Assembly: GCA_030704765.1 (NCBI GenBank)
Contig: JAUYDD010000067.1
Coordinates: 1 to 34,244 of the forward strand
Source of the DNA: Nanobdellota archaeon
GTDB lineage: Archaea; Nanobdellota; Nanobdellia; Pacearchaeales; GW2011-AR1
Direction: 5' to 3'
Length of the DNA stretch: 34,244 nt
The position numbers and the translations under genes are program-made. The notes beneath the pieces were generated by a model. That model was not told the origin of the DNA. It was given only the letters and a program-made list of their open reading frames with translations, and ran no database searches. This document shows, piece by piece, positions 1-8,964 of the stretch. The stretch's first letter is position 1, and each line of letters starts with the position of its first letter.

Positions 1-141
1 AAATTTCTGAGCGCACCCAAAAAACTTCTGAAAGTTTTTTAGTGTGCTCCAAAATGCCTTCTCTTTCTATCCATTAAAATAGATAGGTATGAGAAGAGCA
101 TTTTGGACATCTTAAAAGATGAAGTTTATTTTCCGACATAA
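1..141 (-). repeat. Modular multi-hairpin intergenic element, copy A (truncated by window start)
   Basis: Hairpins aaaaaactt-ctga-aagtttttt, ccaaaatgc..gcattttgg and catctt-aa-aagatg; ends ttccgacataa like the copy at 34244 (tctcgacataa at 2423); 17-40 is identical to 8417-8440. Confidence 0.85.
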
Positions 142-867
142 TCAATTTTCTTCTAATATTTTTTTCAATTTAAAAGTAAAATTTATTGTTCGTTTTATTA
201 GTTTGAATCTTGACTTAAATCCGAAATTCCAAGCACTATGGCCATGCAATCTCTTCCCAAAATATACTGGAAACCTAATTACAATGTAACCATTGGATTT
301 AGCAAGATAATAGGCATATAAGTCGAATGAAAAATCTTCAGGAGGGTTTTTTATTAATCTTAAAAAATCTTTATGGAAGATATTTGGTTGAGCATTTATA
401 TCATATAAAAATTTCTTTAAAACCAAGGTTTCAAAAATGGACATTCCAAAAGTGAAGAATCTGTCAGAAAAAGATCTTCCATATCTTTTTCCTTTAATAA
501 ATGTCTTCTGAGGATTATCATTGGATTTTATCATTTCAAAAGCTTTAATTGTGTCTTTTGGATCTGTTTGTAAATCTGCATGTGTATGGCAAATATATTT
601 TCCTTTTGCAGATGAAAATCCTTTATATACTGCAGCACCATAACCTGGTATCTTTTGAAAAACTGACCTAGCAAAAGGATACTTTCGTCTTTTTAACAAT
701 TTTTTCAATACTTCTTTTGTATTATCATTTGAATTATTATCAACAAGGATCAATTCTGTTGTCTTTAATAAATTCCCATTTAAAATCTCCTTGAATTTAT
801 CTAAAAGAAAAGGCATATTTTCAGCTTCATTATAACACGGGATTATTATAGATAATTCTTTTTTCAT
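142..867 (-). CDS. GT2 glycosyltransferase, polyprenol-phosphate (DPM-synthase-like) type
   Basis: SIIIPCYNE, LVDNNSND, GYGAA, HADLQTDP, IKGKR, SFDL motifs. Confidence 0.9.
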   Translation of the reverse strand: MKKELSIIIPCYNEAENMPFLLDKFKEILNGNLLKTTELILVDNNSNDNTKEVLKKLLKRRKYPFARSVFQKIPGYGAAVYKGFSSAKGKYICHTHADLQTDPKDTIKAFEMIKSNDNPQKTFIKGKRYGRSFSDRFFTFGMSIFETLVLKKFLYDINAQPNIFHKDFLRLIKNPPEDFSFDLYAYYLAKSNGYIVIRFPVYFGKRLHGHSAWNFGFKSRFKLIKRTINFTFKLKKILEEN

Positions 868-1688
868 TTTTCAAAATACTTTTTCCATATTGGAAGAAGT
901 CTTTTTTCTTCATTTGAAATATCAGGAGGGGGAATACCATATTTTATTATGAACTCTATTTTTTCATAATCATGCAAATCATCGGGTTTTCCCCAACTAA
1001 CATATAAATCTACATCAAATATAATTGTTTTTTTATTTAATTTTTGTAAAAATTTAGGGACTGCGTCAACATAAAACTCATTGTTAATCTTATAATTTTC
1101 CTTAAACATGAGTTCAACAGAATCTATAAAATCTTTTGCTTTTTTAAAATAAAAAGTAGCTACATTTGAATGATCATAAAAAGGATCATCAGATACAGGG
1201 ATTTTGATAGAAATATCTTTTATTGTCTCCTGATCATCCTCAAGTTTGTACCATCCCCAAGCAGTTGGATTTCTCCTCAAGATCTCTCTTTGTGTAAAGG
1301 TCCATATAATGCAGCTTACATCGTCTCTTTTTTTTAATTGTTCAAACTTCTCTTCATTATATAAAAAACCACCATCACAAGATGCAATAAACAATTCTTC
1401 TTCTGGATTTATTAAGTGTTTTGCTATCATACAGCTTCCAGCTTGCCCTATTGGTGCAGGATCTACTAAAAATATAGCCTCAGGAATTTCTTTTCTTATT
1501 AACTTATCAATACCATAATCAAAATGCTCTTCTCTCATAACAAATACCCATTTGTCAGCTTTTGGAAGATCCCTTATTACTTTTATTATCATTGGAACTC
1601 CAGAAACAGATATAAGCGGTTTTGATAGCTTATAGCCTGCTTGGCTGAACCTTGTTCCTAGACCTGCCATGGGTATTAAATTCATCAT
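864..1688 (-). CDS. Sugar-phosphate nucleotidyltransferase (NTP_transferase family)
   Basis: IPMAGLGTRF..GY..SKPLI signature, ASCD, NNEFYVD, WGKPDDL; overlaps the GT2 start by 4 bp. Confidence 0.85.
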   Translation of the reverse strand: MMNLIPMAGLGTRFSQAGYKLSKPLISVSGVPMIIKVIRDLPKADKWVFVMREEHFDYGIDKLIRKEIPEAIFLVDPAPIGQAGSCMIAKHLINPEEELFIASCDGGFLYNEEKFEQLKKRDDVSCIIWTFTQREILRRNPTAWGWYKLEDDQETIKDISIKIPVSDDPFYDHSNVATFYFKKAKDFIDSVELMFKENYKINNEFYVDAVPKFLQKLNKKTIIFDVDLYVSWGKPDDLHDYEKIEFIIKYGIPPPDISNEEKRLLPIWKKYFEK

Positions 1689-1718
1689 GTTTTAAGAAAA
1701 ATAAAAGGATATTTATAC

Positions 1719-2165
1719 TTATTGCTGTTTTAAAGCAAATATTTCCCTAGTATAATCATAATCCTTTTTTAATAAAGGACAATCAGGATTTCTTTTTTGA
1801 AATTTACTTGCATGCTTAATTATAGTGTCTCTTAATTCTAAATCTGTTGATAGAACATAACCGGTTTTATGATGCATATTTGATAAAATACGAGCTGAAG
1901 CATTAGCTGTTGGAATATAACCGTATATATCAGTTCTTGGTGGAAGATTTAATGCATTTGCTATAACTTCTGTTGGATCTGTATCCCAGGTTTTCCAATC
2001 TGGTTGACAATTAAAACCTATTGTTAATTTTTCTAAATCACTAAATCCAGGAACATTTTCTTTTGGTTCAATAAAGTTCCTAAATACCTGCATTGCAAAT
2101 ATTCCTGCTCCTCCTACTGGAACCCTTTCTATATCTAAACCTTGTTGTTTCAGATATGCTTCCAA
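1719..2165 (-). CDS. Hypothetical protein (TTG start)
   Basis: 148-aa ORF filling the gap, with a TATA-like sequence upstream; no recognisable motif. Confidence 0.6.
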   Translation of the reverse strand: MEAYLKQQGLDIERVPVGGAGIFAMQVFRNFIEPKENVPGFSDLEKLTIGFNCQPDWKTWDTDPTEVIANALNLPPRTDIYGYIPTANASARILSNMHHKTGYVLSTDLELRDTIIKHASKFQKRNPDCPLLKKDYDYTREIFALKQQ

Positions 2166-2195
2166 TAGATTATATATTATATTTCAAGAATTAAA

Positions 2196-2423
2196 ATAGG
2201 ATATCAAAAAAATTTCCTGAAATCAAAAAAATCTTTCATAAGATTTTTTGGAACATTCAAAATCTTTTAGAGATTTTGAAGTAATCGCCTACTCCATCCT
2301 GAAGGATGGAGTTTGATTGGCGATTTTTCTGATTCGGAAATTTTTAGGATGCTCGAGAATTGAAAACTGTAACATTAGCTACGACCACATGATAAATCAT
2401 GAGGTTTTCAATTCTCGACATAA
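2196..2423 (-). repeat. Modular multi-hairpin element, copy B (with 60-bp internal insertion 2223-2282)
   Basis: Near-identical to 34084-34244 apart from the insertion and a different inner module in the terminal arm; actccatcc-tgaa-ggatggagt perfect stem; tcgagaattgaaaac..gttttcaattctcga arms. Confidence 0.92.
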
Positions 2424-3851
2424 CTAAGATTCTGTTATGCTTTCTTTATCTTTAATAAGATAATGATGCGATTCTGCTTTTATTGTTGCTGCTTTATCTG
2501 AAAATATATATTCTATCATTCTGCAATAATGGACTACATTTTCAAAATTATGATGTTTAGAAGGATTACAAGGAAACAAATGTCTTTTAGACCAATATTC
2601 ATCTTTTAAAAGCTCTGCACCATAAGTTATCGCATATAACTCAAAATTATTATATACTTCGCTTCCAGGAGTTATAAATAAAGGAGTATAGATAATAGTT
2701 CCAATATAATCCTGATTTTTTAATAGAAAATCTAAAGTTTCCCTAAGAGTATCGGGTGTTTCTCCAATATAGAATATTATATTGAACTTTACTACTAATT
2801 CAGGATATTTTGCAATTTCCCTAATTAATTTTTCTGCTCTTGCAATATAATATTTTGGGTCTGCTGATTTATTTATCCTTTTTAATATTTCAATGCTTCC
2901 AGACTCAAAACCTACTGTCAAAACTCTCAAACCTGCATTATAAGCTTCAGGTAAAAAGATTTCCCAATTAGAGTCAACTGAGGTTTGTGTTGACCAAGTG
3001 ATATTTTTTTCTTTCAGGATCTTTATTTGCTCTGTTGCTATTTTTGGACTCATGCCAAAATTAGAAGTCAATAATGCCAAGGTTATATTTTTTCCCCAAA
3101 GATTAACTATTTGATCTAATTCTTCTGAAAATAGAGACATAGGTTTAAAAGTGACTTTACATCCATATAAATTTTCATTTAAACAGAATTTACATTTTTT
3201 AGGACAACCCCTGCTTTCTTCAATATAAGGGGTAAACTGAGATATTTCAGGATATAAAGAATAATCCAGTTTAGGTAATTCTTTCAGTCTATCTGAAAAT
3301 TCTCTAGCTATATGAAGTTCCCCATCTTCTTTCATAAATGAAATTCCCTTGATAGAAGAATAATCTTTTTTATCTTTAGTTAATAACAGCTCCATTGTAA
3401 TTTCCCCTTCTCCATGAACCAATATATCTAAATTATTTGTTTCTTTAAAAACTGTATCTCCTAAATAAGTGCAATGTTCTCCTCCCATAACAATTAAACT
3501 AGATGGAGAATTTTTTCTTGTTATTTCTAAACATTTCAAGCTTTCTATATAATCAAATGCAGTATTATTGCTTATTCCAATAATTTTTGGAGTCTTATTT
3601 TGAAGCTCTTTTTCTATTTTAGAATAATTGTGGTCAACTGAAGTGTCTATTATTTTTACTGAAAATCCCTTGGATTTCAGATAACTAGCGATAGAGAGTA
3701 TGCCTGAGCTTATAATTGAAAACTTGAAACTTTCATCTCTAAAAAAAGCTAAAGGAGGTGTTTCTGTTAAATAAGGAGGGTGGATAAACAAAACATCATA
3801 ATCATATTTATCTTTAATGGAATTTTCATCAATCAGGTTAGGGGTCATCAT
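2424..3851 (-). CDS. Cobalamin-binding (class B) radical SAM protein
   Basis: N-terminal B12-binding-like domain (GILSIASYL, IVMGGEH, GEGE); SRGCPKKCKFC = CxxxCxxC; VGFESGS. Confidence 0.9.
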   Translation of the reverse strand: MMTPNLIDENSIKDKYDYDVLFIHPPYLTETPPLAFFRDESFKFSIISSGILSIASYLKSKGFSVKIIDTSVDHNYSKIEKELQNKTPKIIGISNNTAFDYIESLKCLEITRKNSPSSLIVMGGEHCTYLGDTVFKETNNLDILVHGEGEITMELLLTKDKKDYSSIKGISFMKEDGELHIAREFSDRLKELPKLDYSLYPEISQFTPYIEESRGCPKKCKFCLNENLYGCKVTFKPMSLFSEELDQIVNLWGKNITLALLTSNFGMSPKIATEQIKILKEKNITWSTQTSVDSNWEIFLPEAYNAGLRVLTVGFESGSIEILKRINKSADPKYYIARAEKLIREIAKYPELVVKFNIIFYIGETPDTLRETLDFLLKNQDYIGTIIYTPLFITPGSEVYNNFELYAITYGAELLKDEYWSKRHLFPCNPSKHHNFENVVHYCRMIEYIFSDKAATIKAESHHYLIKDKESITES

Positions 3852-3966
3852 AAACTAAAGAAAAAGATATAGGTTTTTAAACATTATTATAAACCCTGAC
3901 ATAAAAAGGATGATTAACTTTTGCATAAATCTAAGGATTAAATTCATTACAATAAAATATTATAGT

Positions 3967-4051
3967 AACTAAAATTTATACCGAAATAAATTTCAGTTCC
4001 TAAATAGTAAAGGAATAAATTTATCTGAAAATTTATTTCCTTTCCTATAAT
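3967..4051. repeat. AT-rich double hairpin (possible degenerate member of the hairpin family, or terminator)
   Basis: aact-aaaatttat..ataaattt-cagtt and aaaggaataaattt-atctga-aaatttatttccttt, directly after the stop of the 2H gene. Confidence 0.5.
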
Positions 4052-4684
4052 TTAAATCAAAGGGTATTTTTTTATAAGTTTTAAACTATCATCCTTGTCA
4101 TCTACTAAATAAACATTAAGGGAAATAATATTATAATTTCCTTTAGGACATAAGTCTTTTATTTTATTAAATAAAATTTCAAATTTATTATTATCGATTG
4201 TTGCAAGAGAAATATGCGGTTTAAATATATTTCCAATGTAAGGAAATCCATATTTGATGGTGTTTTTTCTTTCTATATCCCCTAAAGATTCATAAGAATC
4301 TTTATATCTTTTAATTATTATGGGATTTCTAAAAGATTGCAGATGATCTATTACTTGCTTTTGTATTCTTCTTATCATATCTACATTTTCTTCTATAATA
4401 TTACACGCCAAGGTAATTTTATTTATGTTCTTTTCTTTAAAAATAATCCAATCAGAAATTGCTATTTGTATTTTATTTGTATCTTTTTTAATTTTATATA
4501 TCAAATCTTCTAATTCCTTATCCCATTCAGATATATCTAAAAAATCTGCATGATATATTGAAAGATGAGGTTCATCATCTAAATATAATTGATTTCCTAT
4601 CAAAGATTTTATGATTATTTTTAATCCTTTTATTTTACTAGATATAATCTTATCAGGTTCTAATAATATGCCATAGGTTACCAT
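4052..4684 (-). CDS. 2H phosphoesterase (2'-5' RNA ligase/cyclic phosphodiesterase fold)
   Basis: Two HxS motifs: EPHLSIY and KPHISLA. Confidence 0.8.
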   Translation of the reverse strand: MVTYGILLEPDKIISSKIKGLKIIIKSLIGNQLYLDDEPHLSIYHADFLDISEWDKELEDLIYKIKKDTNKIQIAISDWIIFKEKNINKITLACNIIEENVDMIRRIQKQVIDHLQSFRNPIIIKRYKDSYESLGDIERKNTIKYGFPYIGNIFKPHISLATIDNNKFEILFNKIKDLCPKGNYNIISLNVYLVDDKDDSLKLIKKYPLI

Positions 4685-4727
4685 TTTTATTAAATATTTA
4701 TCCTAAGGATTTGATATTCATTAATAT

Positions 4728-5366
4728 TCAATTGTTTTGAAAATTTTTTAGTATCCTCCTTTTTTGTTCTTCAGGACCTATATAATCTGCATGACATTCT
4801 TTCAAGTAAAAATAAATAGGTTCAAAATGAGGTATACTAATCTTAAACCATTCTTTCATTGAAATCCCTAAGGAATGTCCCAATGCTGTTCTTAGAACTA
4901 CGTTATGACTACATATGGCTATAGATTTATCAGGATAATTTTTTAAACCTTGGATAAAATTTAAATAACGATTGAGAACGTCCTGACTATTTTCTCCATT
5001 TGGAAATCTCGGGTCTTCGCCTCTTTTCCATGCATCAAATAATTGAGGATATTTTTCTTGCGCTTGTTTTAAATATAACCCATCAACATCACCATAATCG
5101 ATCTCTAAAAGATTAGAATCTGTTATTATTTTATTTTCTGTTAATAGTTGTAATGTCTGTATGCATCTTTTTAATGGAGAAGAAATAAATAAAGTACATC
5201 CAGCTATTCCTTTTTTAGTTTTTTCTGTGGAATCAGGAGACGAAGGCATTATGGAAGGATCCATTCTACCTAAAAATTTTACACCTAAATCTTTATTAAG
5301 AATATTTCCTCCGGTTTCAAGATGTCTTAAAAAAACTAATTTCTTCTCTAAATTTTCTGTTTTCAT
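4728..5366 (-). CDS. Histidine phosphatase (phosphoglycerate-mutase-like superfamily)
   Basis: FLRH, SSPLKRCIQT, LEIDYG, FPNGEN, CSHNVVLR. Confidence 0.9.
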   Translation of the reverse strand: MKTENLEKKLVFLRHLETGGNILNKDLGVKFLGRMDPSIMPSSPDSTEKTKKGIAGCTLFISSPLKRCIQTLQLLTENKIITDSNLLEIDYGDVDGLYLKQAQEKYPQLFDAWKRGEDPRFPNGENSQDVLNRYLNFIQGLKNYPDKSIAICSHNVVLRTALGHSLGISMKEWFKISIPHFEPIYFYLKECHADYIGPEEQKRRILKNFQNN

Positions 5367-5369
5367 TTT

Positions 5370-7883
5370 TTATAAATTTTTTAATATTTCCTTAATCTGA
5401 TTGTCAGTTAGTTCTATATAAAGCCTACTATTTTTAGTTAAAATAAATCTTATTGGTTCAAAATCAGGGATATTTAGTTTATACCATTCTTTCATTGGAA
5501 TTTTTAAATAACTTCCTATTAAACATCTTAAAACAACATTATGGGTGCAGAGGGCTATCTTGTTGTTTTTTATATTTTTTATATTTTTTAAAAAACTATA
5601 GAGTCTAAGTAAAACATCTCTTTGGTTTTCTCCATTTGGAAACTTTGGATCGTTGCCAAATTCCCATTCGTCTATAATTTTTGGATAATTTTTTATTAAA
5701 TAATCCAAATCTTTTCCATCTAATTCTCCGTAATTTATTTCGTTTAAACGATTATCGAGAGTTATATTCTTTTCCGTTAATAATGAAAGGGTGTTTTTGC
5801 ATCTTAAAGATGGGGAAGAGAAAAATATTTCATAGTCAGATAGGATATTTTTTAGATTATTTATTTCTTTTTTATCAGGATAAATTAATTCAGGGTTTGA
5901 TTTTTGCCCGATAAATTGATTTTCATAAGCTTTTGTTTTTACATGCCTTAGAAATATTATCTCTTTATTAGAATTGTAAAAATAATCTTTAAATTGAGAT
6001 TCATAATCAGATAAAAAAAATTCAATATGTTTTAATATATTTTTTATAGAATCGTAGTTTCTTCTTTTTTTAATTTTTATTAAATCGTTTATAAATTTTT
6101 TATGTAATTCTTTATTTTTTGGAAAAATTTTAAAATACGCATCCATAGCTTCATTAATATCATAATCTTTATTTTGCCTATAGTATAATTTTAATAAATT
6201 AGACATCAAGAAACGCATAATATGATAAGAAAATTCTATCCTGTCCCTTGAATCCATTAATTTATAATCTTTTTTTTCAATAACCTTGTTTTTTTGGATA
6301 ATATATTTTCTATAAGATAATTTATTTTCTTTTATTTCAGAAAGATATTCTTTAGAACTTCTTCTAGAATCAAAAAAATTAGAAGGTTGCAAATGATAGA
6401 CCTTATATAATTCAGACATAGATTTCTTAAAAAAAATCCCTGAATTTTGCCAATCATAACAAGTAAAAGGGCTTTTTATACAATGGTCAATATGGCTTTT
6501 GATATCGTATAGCATTATATGAAAGACAATATTGTCTTTGTTGAATTTTAACGGGCCTAAAGAAGGATTTAATATGACATTATAACCATATTTTGATTCT
6601 ATTTCTTTTTTTATTTTTTCAAAATTTTTAATAACAGACTCGAATTTGTCTTTAGATAATTCATCTAAAATTAATACAATATCAACATCATTTATACCTT
6701 CTATTCCTGAATATTTTGAAAAAGAACCAACAATATTTCCAGATTGTATAAAATCTAAATTTTCTGTTAAATCTCTTATTTTTTTAATAATATCTTTTCT
6801 AAGTTCATTTTCAATATTCCTGTATCTTGAGCTAGTTTTTAATTCTAAGAAAGAAGTTATGGGATCGTCTGATGATAAGATACCTGAAGATGAAACTATA
6901 TATTTTGCATTTATTTTTCCAATATTTGTTGGTTTAACACCTCCATCAAATATTATCTCAAAGTTGTATTTTTTCTTGAATCTATTCAATCTATTTACTT
7001 TTTCTATTGATTCAGTATTAAATATCTGTCCGGATTTTCCAAGTTCATCAATACCCATTACTTGAACAAAATCTATATAAGGAATGTATTTTATTATATC
7101 CTCTATTTTTGAATCTGTTTTTAAACATAATCCTACTTTCTTATTTAAAGACCGGCATAATCTTATTACATCGCTTATATTTTCATCTATCTCAATATGA
7201 AAAGTTATAGAATTTACATTTTTGTATAATTTCTTTATCCAGACTGAAGGATTTTTTGACATTATATGAAGTATTTTCTTAATTACCCAAGCCTTATTTA
7301 TCTCCTTAATTAAAGAAAGATCTATTTCAGGTGCTGAACTATTAAATGATTTATCTATTAAATCTATATGGACAAAATCAGCATAATATCTTATTCTAGA
7401 ATATATCTGATTAATGTCTTTATTTTTATTTAAATAAACAGCTATGCCTACTTTTTTAACAAAATCAAAAGTAATATTTCTATGTGCTGTATAACTTAAC
7501 ATAAAAATTATTGCAGAGGTAACAAATCTTAAAGTTGCGTAACCCAGGGGGATTTTTTCCCTTAATACAGCAATCAAGCCTAAATTAAGAATAAAAGCAA
7601 TTGTTGCTATAGCTAAAAATATAATGAAAGTCCTTCTATTTTTTGATTTTGGAACATGAAAATTAAGTCTTGCATTTAATATAAATCCTAAAGTTACTCC
7701 TATTATAAAACCTATGATAACTTTTAATATAAATGGTATATTATAAACTAATAAATATTTTGCTATAATAACCTCTGTTCCTACTGCAATAAGACCTATA
7801 ATTATATAATTTATAAGATATTGGAACCTATATCTTATAAATCTTAAATTTTTTATTATATTTTTTATATAAGAGGTTACCAT
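5370..7883 (-). CDS. Multidomain fusion: GtrA-like + ribulose-phosphate 3-epimerase + Pol-beta-type nucleotidyltransferase + helical region + histidine phosphatase
   Basis: 4 TM helices at aa ~25-135; RPE motifs HIDLID, LHIM, TFHIE, VMG..GKSGQ, FDGGV; NTase VGSF..NDVDIVLI; phosphatase FLRH, SSPSLRC, PNGEN, THNVVLR. Confidence 0.8.
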   Translation of the reverse strand: MVTSYIKNIIKNLRFIRYRFQYLINYIIIGLIAVGTEVIIAKYLLVYNIPFILKVIIGFIIGVTLGFILNARLNFHVPKSKNRRTFIIFLAIATIAFILNLGLIAVLREKIPLGYATLRFVTSAIIFMLSYTAHRNITFDFVKKVGIAVYLNKNKDINQIYSRIRYYADFVHIDLIDKSFNSSAPEIDLSLIKEINKAWVIKKILHIMSKNPSVWIKKLYKNVNSITFHIEIDENISDVIRLCRSLNKKVGLCLKTDSKIEDIIKYIPYIDFVQVMGIDELGKSGQIFNTESIEKVNRLNRFKKKYNFEIIFDGGVKPTNIGKINAKYIVSSSGILSSDDPITSFLELKTSSRYRNIENELRKDIIKKIRDLTENLDFIQSGNIVGSFSKYSGIEGINDVDIVLILDELSKDKFESVIKNFEKIKKEIESKYGYNVILNPSLGPLKFNKDNIVFHIMLYDIKSHIDHCIKSPFTCYDWQNSGIFFKKSMSELYKVYHLQPSNFFDSRRSSKEYLSEIKENKLSYRKYIIQKNKVIEKKDYKLMDSRDRIEFSYHIMRFLMSNLLKLYYRQNKDYDINEAMDAYFKIFPKNKELHKKFINDLIKIKKRRNYDSIKNILKHIEFFLSDYESQFKDYFYNSNKEIIFLRHVKTKAYENQFIGQKSNPELIYPDKKEINNLKNILSDYEIFFSSPSLRCKNTLSLLTEKNITLDNRLNEINYGELDGKDLDYLIKNYPKIIDEWEFGNDPKFPNGENQRDVLLRLYSFLKNIKNIKNNKIALCTHNVVLRCLIGSYLKIPMKEWYKLNIPDFEPIRFILTKNSRLYIELTDNQIKEILKNL

Positions 7884-8278
7884 TTTTTGTTTTTAAAGAC
7901 GAAAATTTTTATACTAAAAAAATTAATTAGAGTTGTTATAGGAATAATGGATGCTGTTGATATAAGGGGATTTAATCCGATATAATCTACTAAGATTTTT
8001 AATAAAAGATTCATAATGCCTAAGGTGGTAAGATTCACTAAAAAATATTCTATAAGATATCTTACAGATTTGTATTTTGAGTTAAATGTCAACAATCTAT
8101 TGAAAAAAAATCCTACAAATGCCCCTATTACAAAAGCTATTGTAGTAGATAAGAGATAATAGATATTTAAAAAGTGATATAACAGTAAAAATATAATGTA
8201 ATATAATAGTGTTGTTTCTAACCCTATTAAACAAAACTTTAAAAACTGCTTAGTTACTTCTCTTTTCAATAACCTCAT
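7877..8278 (-). CDS. GtrA-family membrane protein (lipid-linked sugar flippase-like)
   Basis: QFLKFCLIG, FFFNRLLTF, NFFSIKIFVF, 4 TM; start moved to ATG (MRLLK) at 8278. Confidence 0.85.
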   Translation of the reverse strand: MRLLKREVTKQFLKFCLIGLETTLLYYIIFLLLYHFLNIYYLLSTTIAFVIGAFVGFFFNRLLTFNSKYKSVRYLIEYFLVNLTTLGIMNLLLKILVDYIGLNPLISTASIIPITTLINFFSIKIFVFKNKKW

Positions 8279-8372
8279 AGAAGATATTTCCTTAGAATTA
8301 TTTATAAAGATTGTTGCAATCAAAAAAACTATGTACCACCACACCTTTTAAGGCGTTTTGTGGCAGGCACTT

Positions 8373-8492
8373 GTTTTTTGGATGACTTCAAAATTTTTCA
8401 GAAAATTTTGAGTGTTCCAAAAAACTTCTGAAAGTTTTTTTGGGCTAGAAAAAACTTTTGTGGTTTTTTCTGCACAGAAAATCCAATAAAAC
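8373..8492. repeat. Modular multi-hairpin element, copy C
   Basis: Outer imperfect IR gttttttggat/atccaataaaac enclosing tcaaaatttt-tcag-aaaattttga, ccaaaaaactt-ctga-aagtttttttgg and agaaaaaac..gttttttct. Confidence 0.8.
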
Positions 8493-8494
8493 CT

Positions 8495-8950
8495 CTAGTT
8501 AAGCGGTTCTTTATCTTGATTCTTATAATAAGTATATATTTGGGAGATTTTTGAATATAAAGGGATATTTAGATATATAAGATCTATATAATCCAAGACC
8601 ATATGAATTCCTATGCCTATGCTAATCCAAATAAATAAATCATTCATATAAGAAAGTATAACTAAAATGGTCCAGAATTCAAAACCATGAAGAATCAAGA
8701 TGGGGTTTTTAAATTTTTTTCTTATATTTCTTTCATAAGAAAGCCATTTTATTCTTCTTTTAACAAACCATGCATAAGAATTTTTTAGATTTATATCTTT
8801 TTTAACAAGTATATAATAAAGATAATGATCTACATCAATTAAAAATGAAGCTAAAAATACTAATACTGATTGAAATAAAGTTATATTAAATATTGAATAT
8901 AATAATAAAGATATAATTCCTCCGATTAATATATGCGTTTTAGGATACAT
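8495..8950 (-). CDS. Membrane-bound metal-dependent hydrolase (YdjM/DUF457-like)
   Basis: THILIG, DVDH, LHG, HMVLD with TM helices; ATG start at 8950 preferred. Confidence 0.7.
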   Translation of the reverse strand: MYPKTHILIGGIISLLLYSIFNITLFQSVLVFLASFLIDVDHYLYYILVKKDINLKNSYAWFVKRRIKWLSYERNIRKKFKNPILILHGFEFWTILVILSYMNDLFIWISIGIGIHMVLDYIDLIYLNIPLYSKISQIYTYYKNQDKEPLN

Positions 8951-8964
8951 AAAATAAAGAAATA

